From: Patescibacteria group bacterium
GTDB lineage: Bacteria > Patescibacteriota > Patescibacteriia > 2-12-FULL-57-11
Length of the DNA: 64,000 bases
Direction of reading: 5' to 3'
Assembly (NCBI GenBank): GCA_004297205.1
Contig: SCUL01000002.1
Location: forward strand, 6,429 to 70,428
A program made the translations under genes and the position numbers. Shown one piece after another: positions 1 through 8,103 of this stretch. The notes beneath the pieces were generated by a model. It searched no databases. It was not told where the DNA came from and saw only the letters and a program-made list of their open reading frames with translations. Position 1 is the first letter of the stretch. Every line of letters begins with the position of its first letter.

Positions 1-96
1 GACGCGGGCGGGACATTCCTGCAAGAGGACGTTCACGGTCCGAAACTCGAAAAACTGTTCGTCGAACTCGCGGATAAACTGAAACGGATGGCCTGA
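1..96 (+). CDS. 3' end of an upstream gene (partial; C-terminal 31 aa ...LFVELADKLKRMA*)
   Basis: Open frame from the window edge to TGA at 94-96. Its stop overlaps the next ATG (ATGA junction), suggesting the two genes are translationally coupled. Confidence 0.4.
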   Translation, partial: DAGGTFLQEDVHGPKLEKLFVELADKLKRMA

Positions 97-97
97 T

Positions 98-514
98 ATG
101 CAGCGCTACGAGATCAATGAGACGCCGGCCGGACTGCGCATCGTCGCCATCGGCTCGACGCGGGCCGGACTGGCCATCGCCGCGCTCCAGGGATTGTTCG
201 CGGTCCAGCATCCGTCCGAAGTGGCTTCTGAGGAAGCGGCGCAGGATCGCGAACACCCGTTCGCGCTGAAAGGGGCGAACTTCGCCGAGCTGCTGGAGAA
301 GCTGCTGCAAGGCGGGCTGGAGCAGGCCGTGAAAAACGGCGAGACCTACAACCACTTCCGTTTCGACTTGATCACCGACCGCGAGGTCAAAGGCGCCTGG
401 GTCGGCCGCGCCGCCGAACTGGCCACGCCGGTCAAAGGCGTCACCGTGGCCGAGGGCAGCGTCAGCAAACGGGAAGACGGCGCCTGGGGCGCGGAGTTGG
501 TCATCGAGGAATAA
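98..514 (+). CDS. hypothetical protein (138 aa)
   Basis: ORF-track frame with balanced amino-acid composition. Coupled to the upstream gene by the ATGA overlap. No family recognised. Confidence 0.5.
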   Translation: MQRYEINETPAGLRIVAIGSTRAGLAIAALQGLFAVQHPSEVASEEAAQDREHPFALKGANFAELLEKLLQGGLEQAVKNGETYNHFRFDLITDREVKGAWVGRAAELATPVKGVTVAEGSVSKREDGAWGAELVIEE

Positions 515-528
515 GCCATCACGAAGCC

Positions 529-933
529 ATGCCTGAATCGAAAAAATGGGAGAAAAGCGCCGAGGAATGGAAAAAGGAGCTGGGCGCGGACACCTACCGG
601 ATCACCCGCGAGGGCGGGACGGAGGCCCCGTTCAGCGGCGCCTATTGGGACTCGCACGAGAAGGGGATGTTCCTGTGCTCGAATTGCGGGGCCGAGCTAT
701 TCTCCTCCGACACCAAGTTCGACTCCGGCACCGGCTGGCCGTCCTTCGACCGCCCGGCGGACCGCGAAGCCGTCGAACTGCGCGAGGACCGCTCCGGCGG
801 CATGGTGCGCACGGAAGTCCTCTGCAAGCGCTGCGGCGCCCATCTTGGCCACGTCTTCGAGGACGGGCCGACGGAGACCTGCAAGCGCTTCTGCATCAAC
901 AGCGCGGCATTGAAACTTGAAAAGAAAACATAA
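529..933 (+). CDS. msrB: peptide-methionine (R)-S-oxide reductase MsrB
   Basis: Translation carries the classic MsrB signatures: GTEAPFSGAYW, CxxC...FDSGTGWPSF, RxEVxCxxCGAHLGHVFxDGP, and a C-terminal RFCINSAAL. Confidence 0.92.
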   Translation: MPESKKWEKSAEEWKKELGADTYRITREGGTEAPFSGAYWDSHEKGMFLCSNCGAELFSSDTKFDSGTGWPSFDRPADREAVELREDRSGGMVRTEVLCKRCGAHLGHVFEDGPTETCKRFCINSAALKLEKKT

Positions 934-965
934 CCGTTTTTCGTATGATGGGATATTGGGGGAAC

Positions 966-1109
966 ATGATGGGTTACGGCGCGGGATCCGGCGGCTTCCT
1001 GCTGGCGGGGCTGTTTGCCTGGATCTGGGCGGTTGTTTGGACGGTGAACTCCGTCCTGATCATGCTCGTTCTGATCAAACTCTACGAGCGTCTCAGCAAG
1101 AAGAAATAG
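966..1109 (+). CDS. small hydrophobic membrane protein (47 aa)
   Basis: ATG ATG start, one clear transmembrane stretch (GFLLAGLFAWIWAVVWTVNSVLIMLVLI), followed by an intrinsic terminator. Below the ORF-track size cutoff, so low confidence. Confidence 0.4.
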   Translation: MMGYGAGSGGFLLAGLFAWIWAVVWTVNSVLIMLVLIKLYERLSKKK

Positions 1110-1121
1110 CCCTGGATACGC

Positions 1122-1149
1122 AAAACCCCCGCCATTGGCGGGGGTTTTG
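1122..1149. terminator. bidirectional rho-independent terminator
   Basis: AAAA cccccgcc attg ggcggggg TTTT: an 8-bp GC stem, 4-nt loop, flanked by an A-run and a T-run. Confidence 0.7.
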
Positions 1150-1247
1150 ACTACCAGATCAGACAAGCACGACCGGTACAAACCTCCAAAAAACGCAGCG
1201 AAAGGCCAAACTATGTGACTTTTTCCTTTGTGTCGTTTCTTCAGGTA
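1122..1247 (-). ncRNA. candidate small RNA (~125 nt) between a consensus promoter and the terminator
   Basis: On the minus strand a TTGACA-17 nt-TATTAT promoter (plus coordinates 1255-1283) points leftward into an AUG-free stretch that ends at the 1122-1149 terminator. It lies in the convergent gap downstream of the SLT gene's stop. Confidence 0.35.
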
Positions 1248-1254
1248 AGAGGGG

Positions 1255-1283
1255 ATAATAGCACAGTTTCCCCCTTTTGTCAA
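1255..1283 (-). promoter_or_regulatory. sigma70-like promoter (minus strand: -35 TTGACA at 1278-1283, 17-nt spacer, -10 TATTAT at 1255-1260)
   Basis: Both hexamers match consensus with a 17-nt spacer, read from the reverse complement of gataatagcacagtttcccccttttgtcaa. Confidence 0.5.
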
Positions 1284-1310
1284 GCCTGCCCCGAGGGCGC
1301 GTCGAAGGGT

Positions 1311-2618
1311 CTACTGAATCGCCGCTGTCACCGCCGATGCGCGTTCGCGGATGGCGTCGCGGATCTTCCGCAGTTTGAGGACGTAGTTCATGGTCTCCAG
1401 TTTGAGGCGGGAACGGGTGCGCACGATGGAGCGTTCCTGGGGGTTCAGATTTTCGGCCCACACCTGCATGGCTTTGGCGACGATCGGGTAACCGCCGTTG
1501 TAGGAGGCGGCCAGGTATTCCTGCACCAGGTCGCGCTGGGTGCCGTAGTTGGCCACCGTCGTATCCGGCAGGCGGGAGTGGATGTAGTCGAGGTAGGCGA
1601 CTTGGGCGCGGATGGCGTTGTTGGGGTCCGAGAGACCGGCGTCGAAGTCCGGATGCAATTTGAGTTCCGGTTTGCTGGCCACGAACTTGTAGGTCGAGGG
1701 AATGAACTGCGCCAGACCGAAGGCCCCGGCGGACGAACGGGAGAAGTTGTACGAGGAGGATTCGTTGGCGGCCAGCACGACGTAGAACGCCTCCAGGCTT
1801 TCACGCGGGAACTTCTGCACCGCGTTGGTGTCCAAGTGCTCGATGGCGAGAATGGCCGTGACCAGTTCCTTGTCCACGGCGTCGGACAGCAGCAGGCCGT
1901 CGAAGGCCAGCGAGGCCACGCCGTTTTCGCGCAGGACGTCGTAGGCGCCGTTGACCTGTTCCTTGAGCCAGCGCTCGCCGTAGGCCGCCATCTCCGGCGT
2001 GTTGATGGCCGCGGAGTAGGGGACGTACGAGACTTCGCGGATTTCGTATTTCGGCGCCGCCGCGGTGCCGACGCTCTTGTAGATCGGGTAACGGACGCCG
2101 ACGACGATTTCTCCGTCGCTGCCGGCGACGCTGTAGGTCGAATTGACGCCGTTGGTGCGCAGCACTTTGACGTCGTTCCCGCCGTCCTTCTGCGTCAGCG
2201 ACGTGCCGCGCTTGCGCGCCTCGACGTAGCGGATGGCGTCCGTCGTCGGGTTCCAGATCGCGAGCGTCACGTCGCGCGTGTCGGCTTCCTCCGCGGCGTA
2301 CTGCGGTTCCGCGGGCGCGCCGGCGGTGATGCGCGACTGCAATTCGGTACGGGCGCGTTCGATGGCCGCCTTGAGCGGGAACAGCACGGGCGCCGTGCCC
2401 GTCGCGGTTGCGGGGGTGCTCGTGGCGATCGGGCCCAGGCCGGGCACTGCGGCGGCGAGCGCCTCCAGCGACGGCGCGCGGTTGCGCGAAGCCGGGTGGA
2501 AGTACGTTCCGTCCGCCATCTGGAAGACGCCCGGCGGCAGCGCGCCGGCATGCACCGGCAGCGCGCCTGTCAGGGCGGCGGCGCAGAGCGCAGGGACGAG
2601 GAAATACGAACGTTTCAT
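1311..2618 (-). CDS. lytic transglycosylase (SLT/GH23 domain) with signal peptide
   Basis: The internal Met at 2618 gives MKRSYFLVPALCAAALTGALPVHA (signal peptide). An SLT motif ESSSYNFSRSSAGAFGLAQFIPSTY is present. The long upstream ORF extension is Arg/Pro-rich junk. Confidence 0.8.
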   Translation of the reverse strand: MKRSYFLVPALCAAALTGALPVHAGALPPGVFQMADGTYFHPASRNRAPSLEALAAAVPGLGPIATSTPATATGTAPVLFPLKAAIERARTELQSRITAGAPAEPQYAAEEADTRDVTLAIWNPTTDAIRYVEARKRGTSLTQKDGGNDVKVLRTNGVNSTYSVAGSDGEIVVGVRYPIYKSVGTAAAPKYEIREVSYVPYSAAINTPEMAAYGERWLKEQVNGAYDVLRENGVASLAFDGLLLSDAVDKELVTAILAIEHLDTNAVQKFPRESLEAFYVVLAANESSSYNFSRSSAGAFGLAQFIPSTYKFVASKPELKLHPDFDAGLSDPNNAIRAQVAYLDYIHSRLPDTTVANYGTQRDLVQEYLAASYNGGYPIVAKAMQVWAENLNPQERSIVRTRSRLKLETMNYVLKLRKIRDAIRERASAVTAAIQ

Positions 2619-2652
2619 CCCAAAAAGAATAGCATATCGCGCCGCGGGAGGT

Positions 2653-3294
2653 CTACCGATTCCGCGGCTTTGAAGGAAACGTCTCGAGATTTCCGGCGGC
2701 GCGTTCCACCGGGTCGGCCGGACGCAGCCGGGCGCGTTGCCGCGGGGTGAGCAGCGGCAGATGGCGGACGTCGGCCAGGTGTTCCGGAACGAACCAGACG
2801 TCGTCCGGGGACGAGATCCAGTTCCGACGGTCGAAGCGGGACAGATCGACCGGATTGCTGTACGAGCGCAACGTCTTTCGTCCGGCCGCGTCCACGTATT
2901 CATGGAAATAGGAGAGCACGAGTTCACGGATCGTCCGGTAGATGGGATCGCGCCAGCGCAGCATGGCGTGGTTGGTCTTGGAGACGGCGCCCCAGTGGCC
3001 GCGCTCACGGAAGACGGCGATGACGTGGTCGTCGTCGTGCGGCGCGCTTTCCAGGTCCACGACGAGCGGCTGCCGTCCTTGGAGGCGCAGCGCCGTGGCC
3101 GCCAGCATGGCGCCTTCCATGCAGAAGGCGGCGCCTTCGCGCAGCACCTGGCGCGGCGAGCGGCAGCGCTGCGGGCGTTCGCCGAACGGCATGGGAATCG
3201 CTTCGAGGAAATCCTGCACCTTGCGCGGCGTGTCGAGCGCCGCGAGGAGCCGCGTTTCCTGCGTGGTGAGTCCGTACGCCATGCCGGGGGACAA
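2653..3294 (-). CDS. hypothetical protein, possible transglutaminase-like/papain-fold Cys-His-Asp protein
   Basis: 213 aa with a conserved-looking Cys (AAFCMEGAMLAA), His (DDDHVIAVF) and Asp pattern. Sits in an apparent operon between the glycerate kinase and SLT genes. Confidence 0.5.
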   Translation of the reverse strand: MSPGMAYGLTTQETRLLAALDTPRKVQDFLEAIPMPFGERPQRCRSPRQVLREGAAFCMEGAMLAATALRLQGRQPLVVDLESAPHDDDHVIAVFRERGHWGAVSKTNHAMLRWRDPIYRTIRELVLSYFHEYVDAAGRKTLRSYSNPVDLSRFDRRNWISSPDDVWFVPEHLADVRHLPLLTPRQRARLRPADPVERAAGNLETFPSKPRNR

Positions 3295-3300
3295 AAGAGG

Positions 3301-4602
3301 TCAGGTTCGGCGCGGAGGTGCTCTCCGCAAACTCAGGAACAGATCGGAGACGTTGACGCCGGTGACGCCCGTGAGGATGGCGTCGCCGGTTTTTTCGAAG
3401 AAGGCGAAGGAATCGTTGCGGACCAGGAACGCGGCGGGGGAGAGCCGCCCGCGGGCGGCGTGGGCGCGCGTCACGGCGTCCGCGATCGCGCCGGCATGGG
3501 GGCCGTTGTCGATGCCGTCCGAGGCGCAGGCCAGTACCAGGCCGTCATCCGGGAGGGAGGCGAGCGCGCCGAGCGCGGCCTCCTGGTTGCGCCCGCCGCG
3601 GCCCTTGCCGCGCAACGTGACGGTGGTTTCCCCGGCCGCGATCAGCGCTTCTCCGGGACGCGGAAGGTCCGCCAGCAGGCGGCCGACGTCGCGGGCTTCG
3701 CCGGTCAGCGCCGTCGAAAAGACGCGCGCGCGGTAGCCGCGGCGCCGCGCTTCGTGGCGCATGGCCGCCGCTGCCAACGCGTTGCTGGCGACGAGCACGT
3801 TCGTCACGCGGCGGAAGAACAGCGGATCCTTGGGCGTTTCAATGACCTCGCAATGGGGAAGGCGGCAGGTGCGGAGCGTGTGGTACTTGGTCAGGATGCG
3901 CCGCGCGTCGGCAGCCGTCGTCGTGTCCAGATACGTCGGGCCGGACGCGACTATCGGCAGGTCGTCGCCGGGGACGTCGGAAAAGACCAGTCCGAGAACG
4001 GTCGCGGGATGGGCGAGCCGTGCCAGCTGGCCGCCCTGGATTTCGGAGAGGTGTTTGCGAACGGTGTTGAGTTCCTGGATGGTCGCGCCCTTGGCCATCA
4101 GCGCGCGGGTCAGCGCGGAGATGTCGTCGCACTTGAGTTTGTGCGGCCAACACAGCAGCGCGGATCCGCCGCCGGAAACCACCACGATGACCAGGTCGCG
4201 GGAGTCGACATGCTTGAGCAGTCCCATGATTTCTCCCGTGGCCTGCATGTTCGGCAGGGACGGGAAGGGGTGGGAACCGGCGATGCTCTTGATCCTGCGG
4301 GTGCGGACGTGTTGGACGTCGAGCGCGATGCCGCCCGTGAGATGCGGCCCCAGGATGCGCTCCAGCGCCAGCGCGCTCCGGGCCGCCGCCTTGCCGATGC
4401 CGATCACGTACACGTGACGGTAGCGGTCGAGGCGGAAGCGTTTCCCTCCGGCCCGCAGCACGTCGCCGTCGCGTCGCACGGCGCGCCGCAACGCCAGCCC
4501 GCTGTCCACGGCGCGGATGCCGGCCTCAAGAATGGCCAGGGCATCGCGTCGCAGGGGAGTGACCGCCAGCGTTTTTCGATTTTTGACGATGGATGCGGGC
4601 AT
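3301..4602 (-). CDS. glycerate kinase (MOFRL/GckA-type, glycerate 2-kinase)
   Basis: Internal start MPASIVKN at 4602, preceded by a GGAG ribosome-binding site. Matches the MOFRL family across its length (VIGIGKAA, VVSGGGSALL, HLSEIQGG, a C-terminal MOFRL region). The upstream in-frame extension is junk. Confidence 0.85.
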   Translation of the reverse strand: MPASIVKNRKTLAVTPLRRDALAILEAGIRAVDSGLALRRAVRRDGDVLRAGGKRFRLDRYRHVYVIGIGKAAARSALALERILGPHLTGGIALDVQHVRTRRIKSIAGSHPFPSLPNMQATGEIMGLLKHVDSRDLVIVVVSGGGSALLCWPHKLKCDDISALTRALMAKGATIQELNTVRKHLSEIQGGQLARLAHPATVLGLVFSDVPGDDLPIVASGPTYLDTTTAADARRILTKYHTLRTCRLPHCEVIETPKDPLFFRRVTNVLVASNALAAAAMRHEARRRGYRARVFSTALTGEARDVGRLLADLPRPGEALIAAGETTVTLRGKGRGGRNQEAALGALASLPDDGLVLACASDGIDNGPHAGAIADAVTRAHAARGRLSPAAFLVRNDSFAFFEKTGDAILTGVTGVNVSDLFLSLRRAPPRRT

Positions 4603-4701
4603 GGGAGTCGCTCCAATTGTCCCACGTCGGACGGGACGCCACAACCGCGGGACTTGCCTTTTTTCAGGGGGTAGGGTGATGTGCCCGCACAGGGGTGTCC
4701 C

Positions 4702-5349
4702 ATGGCAACGTCGCGTTCCAGCGGACAGGTCATGATCCGCAATGTCATTCAACAGACCGGCGCGGAGTGGGACGGCCACTTCAAGATCGGTGACTATCAC
4801 AGCCGCAGCTGGATCAGCGACAAGCTGATTTTGGCGAAGGCGCCGCACCTGGCCAACCTCTGCCGCTACCTGGCAACGCAGGTGCTGGCATGGAACTGTG
4901 GTACGCCGGATGCGGTCGTCGGCCTGGCGCCGGAAGGCATCGCGTTGGCGCAGGGCGTCGGCGCAACGCTGGCAGCGCACTTCATGAATATGCGCAGCGG
5001 CGAGGAGGTGGCGGACCGGTTCGTCAGCCTCTACATGGACGAACAGTACGTCCTGCCGTCGGAGTACGAGGCGCTGCTCGGCGGACGAAACGTGGTCATC
5101 GTCCAGAGCGTGATCCACAGCGGAAAAGTGACGGCGCGCGTCATGGACGTCGTCCGCAGCCGCGGCGGCACGGTCATCGCCGTCGCGTCGCTGATCACGC
5201 GCGGTCGGGAGACGCGCCAGACGATCGGGAACGTCCCGGTCATCGCGCTGTACGACTATTCGGCGGAGGACTGGCCGGAGGCCGCGTGTCCGCTCTGCGC
5301 GGAGGGCGTGCCGATCACCGATCCGAAGAAGATGCGCCCCGCGTCGTAG
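4702..5349 (+). CDS. type-I phosphoribosyltransferase-like protein, PyrE-like paralog with degenerate PRPP loop
   Basis: Paralog of the next gene (GHFKIGDY..., C-terminal EDW..ACPLC), but the PRPP loop reads VVIVQSVIHSGKV instead of the acidic-TTGGS pattern. Start is uncertain: MATSR at 4702 or MIRNV at 4732. Confidence 0.6.
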   Translation: MATSRSSGQVMIRNVIQQTGAEWDGHFKIGDYHSRSWISDKLILAKAPHLANLCRYLATQVLAWNCGTPDAVVGLAPEGIALAQGVGATLAAHFMNMRSGEEVADRFVSLYMDEQYVLPSEYEALLGGRNVVIVQSVIHSGKVTARVMDVVRSRGGTVIAVASLITRGRETRQTIGNVPVIALYDYSAEDWPEAACPLCAEGVPITDPKKMRPAS

Positions 5350-5402
5350 CGGGTGCGGAACGTTCCCTCGACTCGATGACGTGAAGTCCTCTTGCTCGGG
5401 AC

Positions 5403-5430
5403 GACGCCCAAGATGGCGTCGCTTTTTTTC
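5403..5430 (+). terminator. rho-independent terminator between the two PRTase paralogs
   Basis: cgacgcc caagat ggcgtcg followed by cttttttt. Confidence 0.7.
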
Positions 5431-5478
5431 TTGCGTTTTGAACGCGCTTCGTGTGAAGTGTCGCCTCAGGAGGCAGGA

Positions 5479-6171
5479 ATGGAATCATCAGAGGCAGACG
5501 AAAGGGAATCGTATCTGTATGAGCGGTTCGATCGCGATCTGCTCGAGACCGGCGCGCGGCTGAAGGGGCACTTCAAGCTGCGCAGCGGCCGGTGCGGTGC
5601 GGATTTCTTTCAGATCGCGATGCTCGCGCGCAAGCCCCTCCGGCTACGGCGCGCGTGTCGCAACCTCGCGCAGCAGATCGTGGCGGGGATGGACCAAGAG
5701 GAGCCGGAGGTGGTGGTCGGTCCCGCGCTCGGCGGCATCTCCATCGCCCACGAGGTCGCCGCGGCGTTGGCTGAGATGGGTTTCGGCGAGCCGGACGCGC
5801 TCTACGCGCAGAAGGCGCGTTTCGATCAGGGGAAGGGGATCTGGGTGCCCGACGAGACGTCGGAGACGTTCCGGCTGCTGCGCGGTTTCGACCGCTTCGT
5901 GCCGCACAAGCGGATCCTCGTCGTCGAGGACGCGCTGACCACCGGCGGCTCCTGCGGGCGGGTCACGACCTGTCTGCGCGAGCTCGAGGCGAACGTCGTG
6001 GCCGTAGCCACCGTGGTCCAGCGCGGCGAGGTGCGCGTGCCGGAGCTCAACGGAGTTCCGATCATCGCGTTCCGGCGGCTCCAGGTCGAGGACTGGGACC
6101 CTGCGGATTGTCCGCAGCGCGAGGCGGACGGCAGCCACCTGCCGTACACGCCGATCCCGGGCAAGAACTGA
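5479..6171 (+). CDS. orotate phosphoribosyltransferase (PyrE)-like type-I PRTase
   Basis: AGGAGG ribosome-binding site 6 nt upstream. GHFKLRSGRCGADFF resembles the PyrE N-terminus. Intact PRPP motif ILVVEDALTTGGS. C-terminal EDWDPADCP tail shared with the upstream paralog. Confidence 0.7.
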   Translation: MESSEADERESYLYERFDRDLLETGARLKGHFKLRSGRCGADFFQIAMLARKPLRLRRACRNLAQQIVAGMDQEEPEVVVGPALGGISIAHEVAAALAEMGFGEPDALYAQKARFDQGKGIWVPDETSETFRLLRGFDRFVPHKRILVVEDALTTGGSCGRVTTCLRELEANVVAVATVVQRGEVRVPELNGVPIIAFRRLQVEDWDPADCPQREADGSHLPYTPIPGKN

Positions 6172-6185
6172 ACGGGTGAGGGGGG

Positions 6186-6212
6186 GAGACGCCACGAGGC
6201 GTCCCTTTTTTT
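6186..6212 (+). terminator. rho-independent terminator
   Basis: gagacgcc acga ggcgtccc followed by ttttttt. Confidence 0.65.
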
Positions 6213-6228
6213 ATGATAGAATGCGAGT

Positions 6229-7488
6229 ATGAATTATCTCACGCGGCGGGCGGTCCTGTTCACGGTCATCGCCTTCGTCCTGGCTGTTGCTGCCTGGGGC
6301 GCCTTGATGGTCTGGCAGCGCACGCAGGCACCCGCTGCTCCGCCGGCTGAGGAAGCGGCGTCAACGAGCACCCCGCCCGTCGTCGAAACCATCCCGCCGG
6401 AATCGCAAGGCATGGCCACGAGTTCGCTCGGTCTGACCATCCCGGCCGGTTTCCGCATCGCCGTCTTTGCCGAAAAAATGGACGCGCCGCGCGATCTGAC
6501 GCTCGATGAGCGCGGCACCGTGCTGGTGTCTGACAGCGGCGCCGGAAGCGTACTGGCGTTGCCGGACGCAAACGGCGACGGTCGCGCCGATGAGGTCGTC
6601 TCCATCGTTTCCGGATTGAACCGCCCGCACGGCATCGTCCAGGTCTGCCGGCCGGAGTGCTATTTGTACGTGGCCGAACAAAACGCCCTGCGCCGCTACG
6701 CCTACGATCTGGAGACGCGCCGCGTCTCCGATCCCGCCGTCCTCGCGGAGCTGCCGGCGGGCGGCCGGCACGTGACGCGTTCGCTGCTGTACCTGACGCC
6801 GCCCGAGGGCGACCGGCTGTTGTTGTCCATCGGCTCCAGCTGCGACGTGTGCGAGGAAGAGGATGTCCGGCGCGCCACCGTCCAGGAAGTGAACTTGCAG
6901 ACCGGCGAACTGACGCCCTATGCGACCGGACTGCGCAACAGCGTCTTCCTGGCGCAGCACCCGGTGACCGGCGACATCTGGGCCACGGAGATGGGCCGTG
7001 ACGGTTTGGGCGACGACCTGCCGCCGGACGAGGTCAACATCCTCACCGAGGACCGCAACTACGGTTGGCCGATCTGTTACGGCAAGAACATCCACGACGA
7101 AGAGTTCGACGACAACATCTATATCCGCAATCCCTGCCAGGAACCGACCGAGGCCGCTTCCCGGCTGGACCTGGGCGCGCACGTCGCGCCGCTCGGTCTG
7201 GCCTTCGTTCCGGAAGAAGGCTGGCCGGAAGCCTGGTGGCACAACCTGCTCGTGGCCGAACACGGCACCACGCAGGCCGACGTGCGCCGCGGCTACCGCA
7301 TCGCCCGCGTTCCGCTCGACCCGCACGGCAACCAGGCGGGGGAGCCGGTCGATTTCATCGGCGGCTTTCTGCCGGATCCGGACGGCGACCCGATCGGCCG
7401 CCCGGTCGACCTGTTGATTTTCCCCGGCGGCACGCTGTACGTTTCCGACGACAACGCCGGAGTCGTCTACCGGCTGACCCGCGGGTGA
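6229..7488 (+). CDS. PQQ-dependent sugar (glucose/sorbosone) dehydrogenase family beta-propeller protein, N-terminally membrane-anchored
   Basis: N-terminal transmembrane helix, then a pattern typical of the soluble aldose/sorbosone dehydrogenase family (RDLTLDERGTVLVSD, NRPHGI, EMGRDGLGDDLPPDEVN, NYGWPI, GGTLYVSDDNAGVVYRL). Confidence 0.8.
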   Translation: MNYLTRRAVLFTVIAFVLAVAAWGALMVWQRTQAPAAPPAEEAASTSTPPVVETIPPESQGMATSSLGLTIPAGFRIAVFAEKMDAPRDLTLDERGTVLVSDSGAGSVLALPDANGDGRADEVVSIVSGLNRPHGIVQVCRPECYLYVAEQNALRRYAYDLETRRVSDPAVLAELPAGGRHVTRSLLYLTPPEGDRLLLSIGSSCDVCEEEDVRRATVQEVNLQTGELTPYATGLRNSVFLAQHPVTGDIWATEMGRDGLGDDLPPDEVNILTEDRNYGWPICYGKNIHDEEFDDNIYIRNPCQEPTEAASRLDLGAHVAPLGLAFVPEEGWPEAWWHNLLVAEHGTTQADVRRGYRIARVPLDPHGNQAGEPVDFIGGFLPDPDGDPIGRPVDLLIFPGGTLYVSDDNAGVVYRLTRG

Positions 7489-7489
7489 C

Positions 7490-7744
7490 ATGCGCACGTT
7501 CGCCGATCGGGTGCGGTCCATCGTGGCCGCCATCCCCAGAGGAAAAACCATGAGTTACGGCCAGGTGGCCGCGGCGGCGGGGAGTCCGGGCGCGGCGCGG
7601 GCCGTGGGGACCATCATGGCGAACAATGCCGACCCGGCCATCCCGTGCCATCGCGTCATCAAGGCCGACGGCACGCCGGGCGGCTATAACGGCCTGCGCG
7701 GGGAGAAGGAGCGGTTGTTGCGCGCGGAAGGGGCCTTATCCTGA
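7490..7744 (+). CDS. MGMT-family DNA-binding domain protein (O6-alkylguanine alkyltransferase C-terminal domain only, 84 aa, active-site PCHRV retained)
   Basis: IPRGKTMSYGQVA...AVGTIMANN...IPCHRVIKADGTPGGY matches the Ogt/Ada C-terminal domain including the Cys acceptor. Starts 2 nt after the dehydrogenase stop. Confidence 0.7.
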   Translation: MRTFADRVRSIVAAIPRGKTMSYGQVAAAAGSPGAARAVGTIMANNADPAIPCHRVIKADGTPGGYNGLRGEKERLLRAEGALS

Positions 7745-7752
7745 CCATCCCC

Positions 7753-7781
7753 TTGCATTCCCGGGGGATTCGTGCTAGTAT
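7753..7781 (+). promoter_or_regulatory. sigma70-like promoter for csp (TTGCAT-17 nt-TAGTAT)
   Basis: -35 TTGCAT at 7753-7758, 17-nt spacer, -10 TAGTAT at 7776-7781. This leaves a roughly 35-nt 5' UTR before ATG 7822. Confidence 0.5.
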
Positions 7782-7821
7782 ATCGCCAAGTTATTCTCAA
7801 CAGGCGGTAACGCCAAGCAGT

Positions 7822-8019
7822 ATGCCCAGCGGCAAGATCAAGACGCTCAAGAACGGCTTCGGATTCATCTCCCCGGACGACGGCGGGAAGGACCTCTTCT
7901 TCCACGCCACCGAACTCGCCGGTGTGGAGTTCGCCTCCCTCGCGGAAGGCATGATGGTCTCCTACGAGACCGCGGAGTCCGACAAAGGCCCCAAGGCCGT
8001 TCAGGTCCGCCCGGCGTAA
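7822..8019 (+). CDS. cspA: cold-shock protein (CspA family)
   Basis: MPSGKIKTLKNGFGFISPDDGGKDLFFHATEL shows the cold-shock-domain RNP motifs. 65 aa from the internal ATG; the longer upstream frame is an artefact. Confidence 0.9.
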   Translation: MPSGKIKTLKNGFGFISPDDGGKDLFFHATELAGVEFASLAEGMMVSYETAESDKGPKAVQVRPA

Positions 8020-8035
8020 GCCAAACGCGACCATT

Positions 8036-8063
8036 AAACCCCGCCCCTCCGGGCGGGGTTTTT
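8036..8063 (+). terminator. rho-independent terminator after csp
   Basis: aaac ccccgccc ctcc gggcgggg ttttt. Confidence 0.75.
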
Positions 8064-8065
8064 GA

Positions 8066-8094
8066 TTGACGGAGACGGCCGCGGCCGCTACCAT
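8066..8094 (+). promoter_or_regulatory. possible promoter (TTGACG-17 nt-TACCAT) giving a near-leaderless ferredoxin/ABC transcript
   Basis: Hexamers spaced 17 nt apart. The -10 ends 9 nt before ATG 8104. Weak -10, low confidence. Confidence 0.3.
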
Positions 8095-8103
8095 CATTCG
8101 CGC

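Noticed and set aside
1215-2750. 511-aa plus-strand ORF, and similar long ORFs on the opposite strand of real genes (e.g. 2737-4674 +, 6361-7551 -, 9855-11315 -, 11290-13620 -, 33950-35506 -, 37347-39158 -, 42885-43859 -, 44599-46068 -, 58663-60126 -).
   Set aside because: These are shadow ORFs typical of high-GC DNA. They are Arg/Ala/Gly/Pro-rich with no recognisable motifs, and each lies antisense to a gene with strong family signatures.
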